Made by a program: the position numbers and the translations under genes. Of a stretch of DNA of 64,000 bases, positions 56,531 to 64,000 are shown one piece after another (position 1 is the first letter of the stretch; each line of letters begins with the position of its first letter). The notes beneath the pieces are model-generated. The model made no database searches, was not told where the DNA came from, and saw nothing but the letters and a program-made list of their open reading frames with translations. This DNA is from Clostridiales bacterium (GTDB lineage: Bacteria; Bacillota; Clostridia; Oscillospirales; Butyricicoccaceae), in NCBI GenBank assembly GCA_022775385.1, contig JALFIV010000100.1, forward strand, positions 4,476-68,475, in the 5' to 3' direction.

Positions 56531-56575
56531 AGCACACCGCCGGTGGTCTCTCCCCTCCGGCGGTGTGCTTTTTTC
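56531..56575 (+). terminator. Intrinsic terminator of the PTS operon
   Basis: 13-bp stem AGCACACCGCCGG/CCGGCGGTGTGCT, followed by a T6 run. Confidence 0.8.
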
Positions 56576-56581
56576 ACAGAC

Positions 56582-56617
56582 GAAAAACCGCCGCAGAGGA
56601 AAAAACTCTGCGGCGGT
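56582..56617 (-). terminator. Intrinsic terminator of the phosphoglucomutase gene
   Basis: 12-bp stem ACCGCCGCAGAG/CTCTGCGGCGGT, followed by TTTTTCG on the minus strand. Confidence 0.75.
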
Positions 56618-56630
56618 CTGTTCTTTTGAT

Positions 56631-58367
56631 TTACTTGACGATTTCCTTTGCAGCGGCAGCGTACTTCTCTACCTTTGCATCGGCCTCTTCCTTGGAGGAG
56701 CCGTTTGCCATGATGTATACCTTGACCTTCGGCTCGGTGCCGGACGGACGGATGATGAAGCTCGTGCCGTCGGACAGATCATAATACAGAACATTCTGAC
56801 CCTTCAGCTCGACCTCGGTGGTCTCACCGGTTGCCAGATCGGTCTGGATACCGGACTGCAGGTCGCGGACATCCTTGACCGGCGTGCCGGCAACATCCTT
56901 CAGCGGCTGCTCACGCAGCTCCTTCATCAGCTCTGCCATGCGCTGCAGGCCGGAGACGCCCGGCATGACGATGGACAGGGTCTGCTCGGTGTAGTAGCCG
57001 TAGCGCTCGTACATGCTCTGCATTGCATCGTACAGGGTCATGCCCTTGGTACGGTAGTATGCCGCCATCTCAGCGATCAGCATGGAGGCGATGACTGCAT
57101 CCTTGTCGCGCGCATGGTCGCCGCACAGGTAGCCGTAGGACTCCTCGAAGGCGAACAGATACTGATGCGAACCGGTAGCCTCAAACTGCTTGATCTTCTC
57201 TGCGAGGAACTTGAAACCGGTGAAGGTGTCGAAGCAGGCGATGCCGTTGTCCTCCGCAACCTTGCGCGCCATCTCAGTGGAAACAACCGACTTGAGTACA
57301 GCCGGATGCGGCGGCATGGTATTTGTCAGCTTCTTCGCGGTGATGACATAGTCGATCAGGAGCACGCCGACCTGATTGCCGGACAGCGTGACATAGTCGC
57401 CCTGGCTGTCGCGCAGTACGATGCCGCAGCGGTCTGCGTCCGGATCGGTGCCGATGATCAGATCAACGCCCTGCTGCTTTGCCATCTCGATGGCGAGATT
57501 GAAACCTTCCTTGTTCTCCGGGTTCGGAGACTTGACGGTCGGGAAATTGCCGTCGATGACCATCTGCTCCGGAACGCAGATGACGTTCTTATAGCCGATT
57601 CTCTTGAGGATCTCAGGAACCAGCTTGTAGCCTGCGCCGTGGAACGGGGTGTAGATGATCTTGAACTCATCCGCAACCTGTGCGACAGCGTCCGGATTGA
57701 TGCACATCTTCTGTACCTGACGGAGATAAATCTCGTCGCTCTCCGCGCCGAGGATCTTGATCAGGCCCTCTGCCTTTGCCTGCTCGAAGTCCATGGTCTT
57801 GACCTCCGTGAACATATCGAGCGCGTCCATTTCCTTGGCAACAACATCCGCTTCCTTCGGCGGCAGCTGTGCGCCGTCTTCCCAGTATACCTTGTATCCG
57901 TTGTATTCCTTCGGGTTGTGGGATGCGGTGATCATAACGCCGGCCAGTGTACCGTAGGTGCGGACGGTGAAGGAGAGGACCGGAACCGGACGGAGGGATT
58001 CATACAACAGAACCTGAATGCCGTTTGCCGCCAGAATGCTCGCCGCCAGCTGTGCGAACTCATCCGACTTGATGCGGCTGTCATAGGCAATCGCAACACC
58101 GCGCTGCATTGCACGCGGACCATAACTCTTGATCAGGTTTGCCAGACCCTGCGTTGCCGCACCGACGGTAAAACGGTTCATGCGGTACAGTCCGACACCA
58201 AGAATGCCGCGCAGACCTGCGGTACCGAAGGACAGCGGTGCATAAAAACGATCCTGAATTTCCTTTTCGTCGTTCTCAATTGCCGCAAGCTCAGCGTGCT
58301 CCTCCGCGCTCAGCGCCGGGGAGTCCATCCACTTGCGATATTCTTCCATGTAGCCCATTTGAAACAC
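56631..58367 (-). CDS. Phospho-sugar mutase (phosphoglucomutase/phosphomannomutase, PgcA-like)
   Basis: 578 aa with the active-site loop TASHNPKEYNGYK and the metal-binding loop (GTDPDADR). Confidence 0.93.
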   Translation of the reverse strand: MFQMGYMEEYRKWMDSPALSAEEHAELAAIENDEKEIQDRFYAPLSFGTAGLRGILGVGLYRMNRFTVGAATQGLANLIKSYGPRAMQRGVAIAYDSRIKSDEFAQLAASILAANGIQVLLYESLRPVPVLSFTVRTYGTLAGVMITASHNPKEYNGYKVYWEDGAQLPPKEADVVAKEMDALDMFTEVKTMDFEQAKAEGLIKILGAESDEIYLRQVQKMCINPDAVAQVADEFKIIYTPFHGAGYKLVPEILKRIGYKNVICVPEQMVIDGNFPTVKSPNPENKEGFNLAIEMAKQQGVDLIIGTDPDADRCGIVLRDSQGDYVTLSGNQVGVLLIDYVITAKKLTNTMPPHPAVLKSVVSTEMARKVAEDNGIACFDTFTGFKFLAEKIKQFEATGSHQYLFAFEESYGYLCGDHARDKDAVIASMLIAEMAAYYRTKGMTLYDAMQSMYERYGYYTEQTLSIVMPGVSGLQRMAELMKELREQPLKDVAGTPVKDVRDLQSGIQTDLATGETTEVELKGQNVLYYDLSDGTSFIIRPSGTEPKVKVYIMANGSSKEEADAKVEKYAAAAKEIVK

Positions 58368-58563
58368 CTCTTACTGATTCATTGTAATTTCTCTTCCATA
58401 GGATGCCTATGTCTGCTGTCCGTTTTGCACAGTACAGCACGATACTATTTGGATTATACAACATTTCCCTGACAAATGGAAGTCAATATGATGAATTTAT
58501 ACAGAAATTTTTCTTTGTTTTTGTGCGGTTTGACATTCTGTTTTCACGCCCTCCGGCAGGTAT

Positions 58564-58603
58564 AAAAAAGCCGCGCCGGAGGCACCTCCGACGCGGTTTT
58601 TTT
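58564..58603. terminator. Bidirectional intrinsic terminator
   Basis: Two-tier hairpin CCGCG-CGGAGG-CAC-CCTCCG-A-CGCGG, flanked by an A6 run and a T7 run. Confidence 0.7.
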
Positions 58604-58650
58604 GTCAACAGGCAGGAAGAATTCCGGCTCTGTGTTCGTTGGGATTGCTC

Positions 58651-60108
58651 TTATTTTGCCGAGCGGCTCAGTCTGCCCGAGCGGGAGCGGCCGCCGCGCG
58701 TGCTCTTGCTGTGCATCGGCACCGGCTTGGAAATCCGCTTGCCCTTTGCCAGCTTTACCACCGGTCGAACCTGTTCCGGACGGCGGCAGAGCTTGCTGCC
58801 CTCGTAGCGCGTCGGGTGATACTCATAGCTGGTCTGACGGACGGAAATGCCGCAGTTCTCCAGCTCCTGCGCAAACGCATACGCAAACTTGGACGAGAAA
58901 TCGCGCTGTGCCAGCGATACCTTCATGATGCCGCGGTACGAGCTGACCAGAATGCCGAACGGCTGATATGCACACGGCAGAATCGCGCCGTAGTCCTCGA
59001 TGTACTCCTGCATACATGCCGGTACGTTGAAGCTGCCGATGTTGGTGAGGATGAAGCTGTCTCTGCGGACATAGTCGCGCGCCATCTTGCGCATCATCGG
59101 CTCCTTCTCCTCGATGCTCATGTCTGCAGTGTGACCCTCGTTGACTCGTCCGCTGCCAGCCTTGCCCCAGAATGCGGCGTGGCGCGGCGCGCGCTGGGTG
59201 TCAAACATCTCACGCACCTTGCGGCATGCCTGCTCAAACGGCAGGGAGAACCAGTCGTACTCAAACGGCAGGTCGAGCAGGGAGACAAAGAAGTGCGTGG
59301 TCTCCGACGGGACGACCTGACGCAGATCCATCGGGATCTCCGCGACAACCGGCATACCCTTGTCTGCCTCGGTGTAATAGGTCTTATACAGCGCGAAGGA
59401 CAGCGCGGTGTACAGCAGGCTGATCGGCGTTGCACCGTGGGTGTGCGTCCACTGACGGACCGAGGCGTACGGGAAGGTCAGCTCGGTCATGCGCTCGTTG
59501 CGATCGTAATCCTCATCCGCAACCGGAACACGGAAGGATTTCTCCACCGTGTAGTGACCCTCCTCCGACGGATCAGCGCTGTCCAGCTTGAGATAGCCGT
59601 CCTCACATTCCGCGAGGGAAAACTCCGTGTCGCGCGTACGGATGCTGCCGTCGTTCTGAACCGGCTTGCCGCACAGTCTCAGGTACTCAAACAGCACCGA
59701 GCGGATAAACTGATCAAATCCGTGTCCGTCACACAGGGAGTGCTGATACTCCATATAAATCGTCTTTTTGTTCCAGCCAATGGTAAACAGATAGCCGTTG
59801 TTGTCCTCCGAGCCCATGTAGTACTCAGAAATATCAGAAAACGGGAGAACAACCGGAGGACGCTCGATAAAATAGTAATGATAGGCATCCTCGTCGCGGG
59901 ACAGACCGACACGCATCTGCGGGAATCGGATGAGTGCAAGCTCCGCCGCCTGCTGCAGCAGGATCGGGTCAACCGGCTCGGTCATGCGGATAATGTGTCG
60001 CGGTGCGCACGCCAGATCGCGATGGGTCGCATACATAAAAATGGGTCCATATCTGTCAGCATCCAGAATTTCGTGCGGAAGATTGGTAATCTTCGTGTTC
60101 ATAAACAT
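58651..60108 (-). CDS. Stand-alone condensation/CoA-dependent acyltransferase-like protein (HxxxDG motif) with a basic C-terminal tail
   Basis: 485 aa. YQHSLCDGHG lies at about residue 130, as in NRPS C-domain, PapA and WS/DGAT catalytic motifs. It has its own promoter (TTGAAT-N18-TATACT) and terminator. The tail is rich in R, K and S. Confidence 0.7.
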   Translation of the reverse strand: MFMNTKITNLPHEILDADRYGPIFMYATHRDLACAPRHIIRMTEPVDPILLQQAAELALIRFPQMRVGLSRDEDAYHYYFIERPPVVLPFSDISEYYMGSEDNNGYLFTIGWNKKTIYMEYQHSLCDGHGFDQFIRSVLFEYLRLCGKPVQNDGSIRTRDTEFSLAECEDGYLKLDSADPSEEGHYTVEKSFRVPVADEDYDRNERMTELTFPYASVRQWTHTHGATPISLLYTALSFALYKTYYTEADKGMPVVAEIPMDLRQVVPSETTHFFVSLLDLPFEYDWFSLPFEQACRKVREMFDTQRAPRHAAFWGKAGSGRVNEGHTADMSIEEKEPMMRKMARDYVRRDSFILTNIGSFNVPACMQEYIEDYGAILPCAYQPFGILVSSYRGIMKVSLAQRDFSSKFAYAFAQELENCGISVRQTSYEYHPTRYEGSKLCRRPEQVRPVVKLAKGKRISKPVPMHSKSTRGGRSRSGRLSRSAK

Positions 60109-60344
60109 TAACCTCCTTTACCGGGTTTGTTTTTCATCATTTATATCTTCTTTGTTTGTTACAAGTATAGTATAGCGGTATCATGTGCAATAATTCAATG
60201 TGTGAACTCCATGAAAAAACTACTCAACAAAATGGAAAAATCAGCTACCTATACAGCACAAACCATGAAAACGATGAAAATCACACATATTTGAGGTGAA
60301 AGTAACACAAATTCACCAAATCTGCAATTTCTCCGTATTTTTGA

Positions 60345-60383
60345 CAAAAAGAAAGCCCAATCTCCAAAAACAGAGATTGGGCT
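60345..60383 (-). terminator. Intrinsic terminator of serA
   Basis: 11-bp stem AGCCCAATCTC/GAGATTGGGCT, followed by TTCTTTTTG on the minus strand. Confidence 0.75.
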
Positions 60384-60396
60384 GAAACAGTTGTGC

Positions 60397-61566
60397 TTAC
60401 TTGCTGATCATGCGCACCATTGTGACATTCTTGTTGCTGCGCAGTACATTCAGCACAGACTCCGGAACGTCCTGCATGGTCTCAACAATCGTATATGCAT
60501 AGTCGCCGCGGGAACGGCTGCCGAAGTTCTCGATGTTCGCGCCGTGTGCGGACAGCAGGGTGGACAGATTCGCGATCATGTTCGGTACATTGCGGTGCAT
60601 GACGCAGATGCGGTTCTTGGACTCGAACGGAACCTTCAGATTCGGGAAATTGACCGAGTTGCGGATATTGCCCTTTTCGAGGTAGTCGATCAGTTCCTTT
60701 GCCGCCATGCGCGCACAGTTCTCCTCGGACTCCGGCGTGGATGCGCCCAGATGCGGGAAGCAGTATGCGTTCGGCGCCGCGAGCATTTCCTCGCTGGCGA
60801 AGTCGGTCATATAGCAGGCAATCTTGCCGGACTTGAGTCCCTCGATGACAGCCGCCTCGTCGCACAGACCGCCGCGCGCGAAGTTCAGGATGCGGACGTT
60901 GTCCTTCATCTTCTCGATTGCCTCCGCACCGATGATGCCGCGGGTCGCGTCCATCAGCGGAACGTGAACGGTGATGTAGTCTGCCTTGGCAAAAATATCG
61001 TCCAGATTGGTGGTGTACTCGACCTCACGCTTGATCTGCAGGGCGGAATCGACCGACAGATACGGGTCGTAGCCGACAACCTCCATATCCAGCGAAACAG
61101 CCGCGTTGGCAACGCGCAGACCGATTGCACCCAGACCGATGACGCCCAGCGTCTTGCCTGCGATTTCCGGACCGGCGAAGTTGGACTTGCCTTTTTCTGC
61201 GAGTGCGCCAATCTGATCGCCGTTTCCGGCCAGCGTCTTTGCCCACTCATAGCCCGACAGAATCTTACGGGACGACATAAACAGCGCGCCCAGAACCAGC
61301 TCCTTGACGGCGTTTGCGTTCGCACCCGGCGTGTTGAATACGACAATACCATTCTCCGAGCACTTTTCCAGCGGGATGTTGTTGACACCGGCGCCGGCAC
61401 GTGCGATGCACTTGAGCTTCTTCGGAAACTCGACGTCGTGCAGCTTCGCAGAGCGGACCAGAATCGCGTCGTAGTCCTCAACATCCTCTCCGTAGCCGAA
61501 CTTTGCCTTGTTCAGCAGATCGGTGCCCGCCTCGGCAATCTTATTGTAAAGCTTAACCTGATACAT
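60397..61566 (-). CDS. serA: D-3-phosphoglycerate dehydrogenase with a C-terminal ACT domain
   Basis: Contains the 2-hydroxyacid dehydrogenase NAD motif GVIGLGAIGLRVA and a catalytic region. It is adjacent to serC. Confidence 0.93.
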   Translation of the reverse strand: MYQVKLYNKIAEAGTDLLNKAKFGYGEDVEDYDAILVRSAKLHDVEFPKKLKCIARAGAGVNNIPLEKCSENGIVVFNTPGANANAVKELVLGALFMSSRKILSGYEWAKTLAGNGDQIGALAEKGKSNFAGPEIAGKTLGVIGLGAIGLRVANAAVSLDMEVVGYDPYLSVDSALQIKREVEYTTNLDDIFAKADYITVHVPLMDATRGIIGAEAIEKMKDNVRILNFARGGLCDEAAVIEGLKSGKIACYMTDFASEEMLAAPNAYCFPHLGASTPESEENCARMAAKELIDYLEKGNIRNSVNFPNLKVPFESKNRICVMHRNVPNMIANLSTLLSAHGANIENFGSRSRGDYAYTIVETMQDVPESVLNVLRSNKNVTMVRMISK

Positions 61567-61661
61567 GGTAATAAACTCCCCTTATATAGTTATTCGCTGT
61601 CAGCGGCGCAACGGAAGCACAGGCTTCCGGCCCTGATGCGCCCCTGCGTACAGCAGTCAGC

Positions 61662-62747
61662 TTACTTGTTGTTCTTCTCGAAGTTCTCCATGAACTTCAG
61701 CAGGTGCTCGACGCCCTCCATCGGCATTGCATTGTAGATGGATGCACGCATACCGCCGACCAGACGATGGCCCTTGAGGTTGCTCATGCCTGCCTTGACA
61801 GACTCCGCGACAAACTTTTTGTCCAGCTCCGGATCGCCGGTGCGGAAGCAGACGTTCATGCGGGAGCGGGAATCCTTCTGTGCCGCGCCCTTGAACAGGT
61901 CAGATGCATCCAGATAGTCATACAGCAGGCCGGAGCGCTTGCGTGCGCGCTCGTCCATGACGGAGACGCCGCCCATCTGCTCCACCCACTCTACCATGAG
62001 CTTGAACATGTAGATGGAGTACGTCGGCGGGGTGTTGTACATGCTGTTCTTGTCGGCCATCAGCTTGTAGTCCAGCAGAACCGGCATGTTCTCGCGGTAA
62101 TGACCCATCAGATCCTCGCGGATGACGACAACTGCCATGCCCGCCGGTCCCATGTTCTTCTGCGCGCCGCCGTAGACAACGCCGTACTTGGTGAAATCAA
62201 TCGGCTTGGACATGATGTTGGAGGACATATCTGCTACCACCGGAACCTTGCCGGTCTCCGGATCGTAGTTCCACTCGGTGCCGAAGATCGTGTTGTTGGC
62301 GCAGATATAGAAGTAATCCGCCTCCGGATCGAGGTCAAGCTGCTCCTGCTTCGGAATCCAGGTGAAGTTATCCGCCTCAGAGGATGCAGCAACATGGATC
62401 TCGCCGTACTTCTTTGCTTCCTTATAAGCACCGCGTGCGAAATTGCCGGTGATCGCGTAGTCCGCCTTGCCGGTGACCATCAGGTTGAGCGGGATTGCGG
62501 AGAACTGCATGGTTGCACCGCCCTGCATGAACAGGATCTGATAGTTGTCTGGAACATTCATAACGCGGCGGAATGCATCCTGCGCACCGTTGATGATATC
62601 ATCGTAATACTTTGAGCGGTGACTCATCTCCATGACGGACATGCCGGAGCCTTCGTAGTTGAGCATCTGTGCTGCTGCCTTCTCCAAAACCGGAACCGGC
62701 ATCATGGACGGGCCTGCAGAAAAGTTATAAATTCTACCATCAGCCAT
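61662..62747 (-). CDS. serC: 3-phosphoserine aminotransferase
   Basis: Begins YNFSAGPSMMPVPVLEKA and contains SHRSKYYDDII. The sequence resembles class V aminotransferases over its full 361 aa. Confidence 0.95.
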   Translation of the reverse strand: MADGRIYNFSAGPSMMPVPVLEKAAAQMLNYEGSGMSVMEMSHRSKYYDDIINGAQDAFRRVMNVPDNYQILFMQGGATMQFSAIPLNLMVTGKADYAITGNFARGAYKEAKKYGEIHVAASSEADNFTWIPKQEQLDLDPEADYFYICANNTIFGTEWNYDPETGKVPVVADMSSNIMSKPIDFTKYGVVYGGAQKNMGPAGMAVVVIREDLMGHYRENMPVLLDYKLMADKNSMYNTPPTYSIYMFKLMVEWVEQMGGVSVMDERARKRSGLLYDYLDASDLFKGAAQKDSRSRMNVCFRTGDPELDKKFVAESVKAGMSNLKGHRLVGGMRASIYNAMPMEGVEHLLKFMENFEKNNK

Positions 62748-63047
62748 TGTGTGTTACCTGCCTTTCAAGTACTGCCTGTCGTTCAAAACGAATCAAAATC
62801 AATCTTCACATTTTTACGTAATCCAAAAATGCTACTTCCTATTTAACCGCCATTTCCATGCAATTGTCAAGGTCAAAACCTGCATTTCATCCATTGTCCT
62901 AATTCCCGTCTCAGTTTATCCCGCTTTTTTGTGTGTTTTGAGTGAGAATATTTCAGCCCCCTCAGATTCCGATTCACATTGCCACGCGCAGGGCGAAATG
63001 ATATACTAATTTTAGAAAGAATCCATCCAAAAGCCGGAGGTGAGATC

Positions 63048-63872
63048 GTGAATCTGCTCCCCTATCTGACTGCTGTCCCGCACCGCGGAAATATCGGCGT
63101 CTGCCGTCTGTCCGACCTGACGATGACAGACCGCGCCCGCGCCGATGCAAATTTCCTGTGTGAAGGCGCGCAGTCCGTCGCCGTCGTCCTGTTCCCCTAT
63201 CTGGTTCGGGACCGCGCACCGCGCAATCTCTCGCTGTACGCCTGCGGCGCCGATTACCACCGCGTGATCGCCGGCGCCCTGCGTCCGGTCTGCGAGACGC
63301 TCGCGCACGATTTTCCGTCCTATCGATTCCTCCCGCTCGCCGACGCTTCCCCCATTCCCGAGGTGCAGGCGGCATGGATCTCCGGTGCGGGAACGCTCGG
63401 AAAAAACGGCTTGATCTTCGATCCGGTCTACGGCAGCTATGTGTTCATCGGCACGATACTGACCGACGCGCCCGCCGACCCGACACCGTCCGACCGCGCG
63501 GTCTGTCCGGACTGCGGTGCCTGCCGCCGCGCCTGCCCGTCGGGAGCGCTGCAGAACGGCTGTGTCGACCTGACACGCTGTCTGTCCGATCTGACGCAGA
63601 GCAAACAGCCGCTCACCCCTGAGCAGGAGGATGCCCTGCGCCGTCACCCGCTTGTCTGGGGCTGTGACCACTGTTCCGAGGTGTGTCCGCTCAACCGCGG
63701 TGTCCCCGAGACATCCAATCCCGCCTTCCGCGAGATGCGGATGACCGCACTCTCGCTCGCGGATGTGGACGGCCTGACGCGGCGCGAATTTCTCTCCCGC
63801 TATCCCGACCGCGCGTTCACCTGGCGCGGGCCCAAACCGCTGATTCGAAATCTAAAGCTGCACGGCGAATGA
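63048..63872 (+). CDS. Epoxyqueuosine reductase-like (QueG/DUF1730 family) 4Fe-4S protein
   Basis: Contains SGAGTLGKNGLIFDPVYGSYVFIG, CPDCGACRRACP and CDHCSEVCP motifs. GTG at 63048 lies 6 nt after GGAGGTG. Confidence 0.8.
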   Translation: MNLLPYLTAVPHRGNIGVCRLSDLTMTDRARADANFLCEGAQSVAVVLFPYLVRDRAPRNLSLYACGADYHRVIAGALRPVCETLAHDFPSYRFLPLADASPIPEVQAAWISGAGTLGKNGLIFDPVYGSYVFIGTILTDAPADPTPSDRAVCPDCGACRRACPSGALQNGCVDLTRCLSDLTQSKQPLTPEQEDALRRHPLVWGCDHCSEVCPLNRGVPETSNPAFREMRMTALSLADVDGLTRREFLSRYPDRAFTWRGPKPLIRNLKLHGE

Positions 63873-63890
63873 TGCCGGGCAGCTTTTGTT

Positions 63891-64000
63891 TTACAGTTTC
63901 TTTTGAAATTCCCTGCGCAGAGAGACTGCGGCAAACACCAGCGCGCACATCTCGGACACCCAGCAGGCAAACCAGATCATGCGGATACCGCCCAGCGCAC
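63891..64000 (-). CDS. Partial CDS (C-terminal 35 aa) of a membrane protein that continues beyond the window
   Basis: An open minus-strand frame reads ..ALGGIRMIWFACWVSEMCALVFAAVSLRREFQKKL and ends with a stop codon at 63891-63893. Confidence 0.4.
   Translation of the reverse strand, partial: ALGGIRMIWFACWVSEMCALVFAAVSLRREFQKKL

Overview
High-GC Firmicutes/Clostridia-type core chromosome. I recognise no integrase, transposase, CRISPR array, rRNA gene or intact tRNA gene by eye. About 60 protein genes are supported. Almost all genes from 0.6 to 52 kb lie on the minus strand in tight, conserved housekeeping blocks: pyrE, rpiA; rpsU; leuS-rsfS-LCP-yqeK-nadD-yhbY-rdgB-rph-ftsY-smc-radical SAM-rnc-acpP-plsX-trmFO-topA-dprA; phoU-pstBACS; lysS-greA; pnp-rpsO; serA-serC. 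The only plus-strand island is a GlcT/LicT-type antiterminator plus a PTS glucose-family EIICBA gene with RAT-like leader elements. I see no convincing defence island or mobile element, so no single obvious novel system stands out. The most second-look-worthy items are these. (1) A six-gene operon joins an HD hydrolase, a CpXC protein and a YitT membrane protein to a pyruvyl-transferase/Wzx/FrhB-like glycan-modification cassette. (2) A thioredoxin-fold gene with WSGPC instead of WCGPC overlaps a ferredoxin gene. (3) A stand-alone HxxxDG condensation-like acyltransferase carries a basic tail. (4) A structured region between terminators carries a tRNA 3'-end relic. (5) A 0.9-kb AT-rich intergenic region contains phased TTTTGCA tracts, an orphan terminator and a candidate sRNA with an anti-SD-like motif. 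(6) Several proteins have striking low-complexity tails (TopA, the LCP protein, a small membrane protein). All calls rest on reading the translations and the DNA by eye; no database search was run.
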